Shown here one piece after another: positions 25,120 through 28,654 of a stretch of 28,654 bases of DNA; within the stretch, counting starts at the first letter, position 1; each line of letters opens with the position of its first letter. Location: IMG/VR virus record IMGVR_UViG_3300006055_000003, positions 1 to 28,654 of that record; one strand, 5' to 3'. The notes below the pieces were generated by a model. It was not told where the DNA came from, searched no databases, and saw only the letters and a program-made list of their open reading frames with translations. The position numbers were made by a program, and so were the translations under genes. The stretch is from a virus. Its lineage: Duplodnaviria; Caudoviricetes.

Positions 25120-25148
25120 AACCTATTCCACTCAATGCGGAAGCGCAA
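25120..25148 (-). promoter_or_regulatory. sigma70-type promoter for the tRNA-like RNA
   Basis: TTGCGC-N17-TAGGTT, then 6 nt, giving +1 at A 25113. Confidence 0.55.
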
Positions 25149-25168
25149 CCGCGAAAGCAGGGACGCGA

Positions 25169-26035
25169 CTAAGACGAAGGCACGTTCGCGGCGACGAAGG
25201 CTTGGAACTTGGCGACCGCCTCGGGGCCATCGACGAAGCTCTCGCCCTTGCCGGGGCTGTCGAAGATGCGGATGAGCTTGATCGCCGGGCAGAGCGTCCC
25301 GACGCTGGCCATGTCGGTGAAAAACGAGACCTGATTGACCGCGTAGGCTCCGGTCGCGGTGATGCCCATGGGAACGCCCATCTTGCCGTAGGTGGCGCAA
25401 GCTACGGCCACCACGCGGGCAAAGCCGCCGGGCTTGGCCGTGAGGTCGCGATCAAAGCGGTCGGCTGCGATCACATCCACGTTCGCGACGCCGGGGAAGT
25501 AGGGGAGCGAGTCCGCCCCTCCCCCGCTCGGAGCCCAGATGCGCGACACCCAAGGCGGCAGGCGAGCGAAGAGGTAGTTCCACGTCGCGACGTAATCGGC
25601 TGGCGTTCCACCGTTCGCCGTGGCCTTTGCCGGTAGGTTCATTTCCCAACAGAAGCGGACGAAGACGGGCTTGCCGTAGGCTTTGATCGACGAGGCGAAC
25701 GAAGCAATCCACGCGTCCGACGAACCGTCCGTGACGCTCGCCAATGTTGCCGGGCAATCGAGGTCGATCATCGGATAGCCGGGGCCGGTCAGGGTCGGGA
25801 ACTTGGAGCCGAACTTGACGTAGATGGGCGATATGCCGGGAGCGACATTCGAGAAGGGCGACGGAACACCGGGACCCGTCTGTGCGCCGATCAGGAGGCC
25901 GTGCGAGGGGATGGGGACCTTGCCGGGTGTCTTCGGCGCGGCGGGTGGCGTGACGGGCTGTGGCGCGTTCCCTGGGGGCGTAGTGGCTACGCAGGAGCCA
26001 AGGGTGAGGGCGGCTAGGAGGGTGGCGCGGATCAT
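25169..26035 (-). CDS. Lipoprotein with GH26-like TIM-barrel domain
   Basis: Signal peptide with lipobox LGSC, Pro-rich linker, GKPVFVRFCWEMN, YFPG...VDVIAAD. Confidence 0.75.
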   Translation of the reverse strand: MIRATLLAALTLGSCVATTPPGNAPQPVTPPAAPKTPGKVPIPSHGLLIGAQTGPGVPSPFSNVAPGISPIYVKFGSKFPTLTGPGYPMIDLDCPATLASVTDGSSDAWIASFASSIKAYGKPVFVRFCWEMNLPAKATANGGTPADYVATWNYLFARLPPWVSRIWAPSGGGADSLPYFPGVANVDVIAADRFDRDLTAKPGGFARVVAVACATYGKMGVPMGITATGAYAVNQVSFFTDMASVGTLCPAIKLIRIFDSPGKGESFVDGPEAVAKFQAFVAANVPSS

Positions 26036-26193
26036 GGGGCTTTGTCTCCACTGGAATGCTTCATACCGTCCAGAGAGATTGCCGCATGGGCCGCATTCAG
26101 AGCCGCTTGTGCAAACCGCATAGCGTCCCCTGAATCTTTGGCGTCTGCAGCCTTGGCAACAAGTGTTTCGATAGCTTTTTCAAGGTTATTCAT
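26032..26193 (-). CDS. Small helical protein (53 aa)
   Basis: Not in the track. MNNLEKAIETLVAKAADAKDSGDAMRFAQAALNAAH...; GGAG RBS; ATGA overlap. Confidence 0.65.
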   Translation of the reverse strand: MNNLEKAIETLVAKAADAKDSGDAMRFAQAALNAAHAAISLDGMKHSSGDKAP

Positions 26194-26258
26194 GGGTTCT
26201 AACTCCAAAGAATAATCGACACTGGTTTCAATCCGTTCAGCAGCGTGTCGGGGAACCG
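26194..26258 (-). promoter_or_regulatory. Structured 5' leader enclosing the RBS
   Basis: GGTTC/GAACC outer pair and CGACAC/GTGTCG inner stem flank GGAG. Confidence 0.45.
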
Positions 26259-26302
26259 CTAAACCTTCGTTAGTGCGAGCGTCGCCAGTAGCGCGAGGCG
26301 GA

Positions 26303-26512
26303 TCACCCCGTCGCGCCAGCCGCCGTCAGAGCCGCATCGGCCTTGGTCCAGTCCGCCATACGCTGCGAATCGAGCGTGTCGATCTGGGCTTTGAGCGCGG
26401 CGAGGGTTGCGGGGTCGGCTGTCCCGCTGGCCTTCAAGGTCTCGTATTCCTGAATGACGAGCGGGCCGAGCTGCATGAGCAAGGGGAGCAGGGAAGTGAG
26501 GATCGAAAGCAT
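26303..26512 (-). CDS. Small lysis-region protein (69 aa)
   Basis: AGGAG RBS; amphipathic N-terminus MLSILTSLLPLLMQL. Confidence 0.6.
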   Translation of the reverse strand: MLSILTSLLPLLMQLGPLVIQEYETLKASGTADPATLAALKAQIDTLDSQRMADWTKADAALTAAGATG

Positions 26513-26523
26513 GGGGGATGCTC

Positions 26524-26913
26524 CTACTTGGCGGCAACGGCGTCGTGGGCCGCTGCGAGGTTGGTGAGGGCCGTGGTGGCGAGCGCTGCGGCTTGCGTAA
26601 GGTTGCCGGACACATAGGCGCTGTGGGCGGCTCCTACGCCGCTGTTGGCGTCGTCCAGATACTTCTTGACGGTCGTAGCCTGAGCGGGCGTCAGATGGGG
26701 CGCGGCGACCGGAACGGCTACGTTGACGCCATCGGTCGCGGCCTCCGCCACGCTCATCGCCTGCGAGACGGTGAGCTGGACTTGCGGGCTCGGGGTCGTG
26801 CATCCGGCCACGGCGAGGATCAAAGCCCCCGCGCTAAGGCCGGCGAGGAAGGTGAGGTTTGGCTTTGTGGGCAACCGTCCGATTTTATCGGACATTTGAT
26901 TTAGATGGGTCAT
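26524..26913 (-). CDS. Lipoprotein, possible spanin component
   Basis: Lipobox VAGC, Ala-rich helices; follows the holin. Confidence 0.55.
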   Translation of the reverse strand: MTHLNQMSDKIGRLPTKPNLTFLAGLSAGALILAVAGCTTPSPQVQLTVSQAMSVAEAATDGVNVAVPVAAPHLTPAQATTVKKYLDDANSGVGAAHSAYVSGNLTQAAALATTALTNLAAAHDAVAAK

Positions 26914-27281
26914 ATTGTAGCTCCTTGGTGGACGGGTTGAGCGGCTTCGGGCAACGGAGTATCCGGGCTCTTCTTCGTTTCAGTGGTCACGGTTGTGACT
27001 GTCGGCGGGGTCGATGAAATCTGAGCGGCCATGGTGGCGATAGCTTCGTCCTTCGCACGAGCGCCAACGCTCGATGGAAAGTAGAAGGATATGGTTGCCC
27101 CCACCCAACCACCGATAGCGCCAACGAGGGCGGTGAACAGCGTCTGGTTTTCCTTCGGGACATGCACGAAGCCGATGATCATAACCACGAGAACGGCCAA
27201 CCCCAGAATGGCCACCGCCATGAGGAATTGCTGCGTGGTGGTGGTGATCATGGGCTTGCCGCCAGTGGGGTCTGCGCTCAT
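26910..27281 (-). CDS. Putative holin
   Basis: Two transmembrane segments and FYFxSSxGxxxKD motif; adjacent to the endolysin. Confidence 0.7.
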   Translation of the reverse strand: MSADPTGGKPMITTTTQQFLMAVAILGLAVLVVMIIGFVHVPKENQTLFTALVGAIGGWVGATISFYFPSSVGARAKDEAIATMAAQISSTPPTVTTVTTETKKSPDTPLPEAAQPVHQGATI

Positions 27282-27796
27282 GCCGTCACCATCGCCAAGG
27301 CTTCGTCTCTCGTCCGATCATTCCGCGTAAGCCACCCCTTGCCAAAATCCGGAAACCCAGAGAGCGCACGGTAGAAGGCTTCGTGCGCAGCATGGTAGGC
27401 ATTGATGAGGGTGGTGGTGTCGGTCTGGCCCACGGCGGCGAGCGTATGCGGGCCGAAGAGCCCATCGGCCACTACACCAACCGCCGCTTGAAGGAGCTTA
27501 ATCGCCCGTCCCGGCCCGCTGTTCACGGCGGTGTCAAACGTCATCAAGTCAAGGCCGTCAGGGAGTTGCGGGCAATGCGAGACGGCCCAATAGTCTTGCT
27601 CATAGATAGGCGCGGCGTCTTTAGCCGAGAGGTCTTGAACCTCCTCTATCGAGGCCGGTCTGCCAAGCCATCGTGATAGTGTGGCAATGGTAATTCCGAG
27701 ATTCGTGGGGCCGCCAGGGTCGCGCGGGTTGTTAACGTATCCGCCCTCACTCGCGAGGATGATTTTCAGACACGCGGGATAGTTGGCAGCGCCCAT
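27278..27796 (-). CDS. Endolysin, GH108 with PG_binding_3 domain
   Basis: EGGYVNNPRDPGGPTNLGIT, FDTAVNSG, DG.FGP.T and FGKGW..R motifs. Confidence 0.92.
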   Translation of the reverse strand: MGAANYPACLKIILASEGGYVNNPRDPGGPTNLGITIATLSRWLGRPASIEEVQDLSAKDAAPIYEQDYWAVSHCPQLPDGLDLMTFDTAVNSGPGRAIKLLQAAVGVVADGLFGPHTLAAVGQTDTTTLINAYHAAHEAFYRALSGFPDFGKGWLTRNDRTRDEALAMVTA

Positions 27797-27798
27797 GC

Positions 27799-27831
27799 GC
27801 GGAGGTTTACACGAAACCCCCGCTCATACAA
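27799..27831 (-). promoter_or_regulatory. Hairpin abutting the endolysin ATG, overlapping a candidate promoter
   Basis: GCGGGGGTTT-CGTGT-AAACCTCCGC stem ends 2 nt before the ATG; TTGTAT-N16-TAAACC. Confidence 0.5.
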
Positions 27832-27842
27832 GGGACCGAAAA

Positions 27843-27867
27843 TGAACCTTTATGGCTCATGATCGTT
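27843..27867 (+). promoter_or_regulatory. Candidate EcfG/SigT general-stress promoter
   Basis: TGAAC-N16-CGTT versus the consensus GGAAC-N16/17-CGTT. Confidence 0.4.
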
Positions 27868-27908
27868 GATTTCACCGGCGCGCTTATTGCGTCGAAGGAA
27901 ACCACGCT

Positions 27909-28058
27909 ATGAACCCCAACCCCAACACCGGACCCGATGGCAAGACCGACGCCCAGCGCGCCGAAGCCGCCAGGCTCGCCGCCCAGAACGCCCAGAACAA
28001 GGGCCAACCGGCGCAACCCGCGACGGACGCTAACGGTCGCCCGCTGCCTGTCCGCTAA
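27909..28058 (+). CDS. Small hydrophilic, disordered peptide (49 aa), opposite to the late genes
   Basis: Not in the track. AAGGA RBS; MNPNPNTGPDGKTDAQRAEAARLAAQNAQNKGQPAQPATDANGRPLPVR*. Confidence 0.6.
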   Translation: MNPNPNTGPDGKTDAQRAEAARLAAQNAQNKGQPAQPATDANGRPLPVR

Positions 28059-28174
28059 TAGGCAGTCAAGCTGCGCTCGCGTAGCCGAGCGGGTGGAAAG
28101 CCCGCACCATCATCACCACACATCAAAACGCCCTGCCAGCCGTGAAGCCGACAGGGCGCTTGATCGTCAATCCG

Positions 28175-28654
28175 TCAGAGCGCCGGGGAGGGAGTCGGCG
28201 TGAACGGCGAGGCGGGATTTGGGTTGTTTCCGGGGTTGACCGATCCGTCCGGATTGGTGGTGCCGGGAGTGAAAGAGCCATCAGGGCTGCGGAAGCCTTC
28301 CGGAGCGGCTGTCGGTCCATGGGGATTGAACGAACCGTCTGGGTTGGTGCCGCCGAGAGGCGTGACTGTCGCGCCGGCCACATCGGTAAAGCTGACCGCG
28401 AACGGGGCCGATACGATGGGCGTCGGGCTGGAATCCGTGGCCGTCACGTTGGCGTTGCCGACTCCGAAGGTTCCGCTGAAAACGCCATTCGCGTCCATGG
28501 AGATTCCTGACGGGAGCGTGTCGGCGGTGAACGTGACCGTTCCAACGCCACCGGTCGAAGTCATCTGTCCGGTGAAGGGCTGACCAACGGTTCCGGTGAA
28601 AGGACCGCCAGCCACGGTGATGACGGCGGGACCTTGCGTGTTGGCCGTCACAGC
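28175..28654 (-). CDS. C-terminal part of an Ig-like (He_PIG-type) domain protein with PDGS repeats (5' end beyond the window)
   Basis: GTVGQPF...TGG.G..TF....LP.GIS....GVFSGT; frame open at the window edge. Confidence 0.65.
   Translation of the reverse strand, partial: AVTANTQGPAVITVAGGPFTGTVGQPFTGQMTSTGGVGTVTFTADTLPSGISMDANGVFSGTFGVGNANVTATDSSPTPIVSAPFAVSFTDVAGATVTPLGGTNPDGSFNPHGPTAAPEGFRSPDGSFTPGTTNPDGSVNPGNNPNPASPFTPTPSPAL

Noticed and set aside
28074-28164. Hairpin cluster (GCGGG/CCCGC, CGCCCTG/CAGGGCG) as a separate ncRNA
   Set aside because: It lies between convergent genes and is most simply a 3'-end structure. No clear U-tract or recognisable family.
1-28654. CRISPR array, diversity-generating retroelement, integrase/att site, stop-codon recoding
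   Set aside because: No regularly spaced repeats, reverse transcriptase or recombinase were seen, and core genes are intact in the standard code.

Overview
GC-rich segment of a tailed dsDNA phage, probably infecting an alphaproteobacterium (GcrA homologue, Caulobacter-style promoters). Left arm, minus strand (15.9 kb to 1): Cro-like HTH, VRR-NUC nuclease, MT-A70 adenine methyltransferase, GcrA, DnaA-like and HTH_36 replication genes with internal iterons, terminases, P22-like portal, GroES-like co-chaperonin, scaffold, decoration protein, major capsid protein and tail-fibre-like genes. Middle, plus strand (16.0-25.0 kb): many small early genes, including a Rad52/Sak-like annealing protein, a DUF968-like HNH protein and a stand-alone nucleotidyltransferase. 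Right arm, minus strand: Ig-domain protein, GH108 endolysin, holin, lipoproteins and a GH26-like lipoprotein. No integrase, CI repressor or CRISPR array is visible. The most striking feature is a ~138-nt circularly permuted tRNA-like RNA (24976-25113, minus) with its own predicted promoter: T-arm first, then an acceptor stem closed by a 64-nt insert, then the D-arm, with no anticodon loop. Other points of interest are genes bracketed by gene-boundary direct repeats, a GH26-fold lipoprotein lacking its nucleophile, an m6A writer/reader pair and several RNA leaders. All family assignments come from reading motifs by eye, not from database searches.
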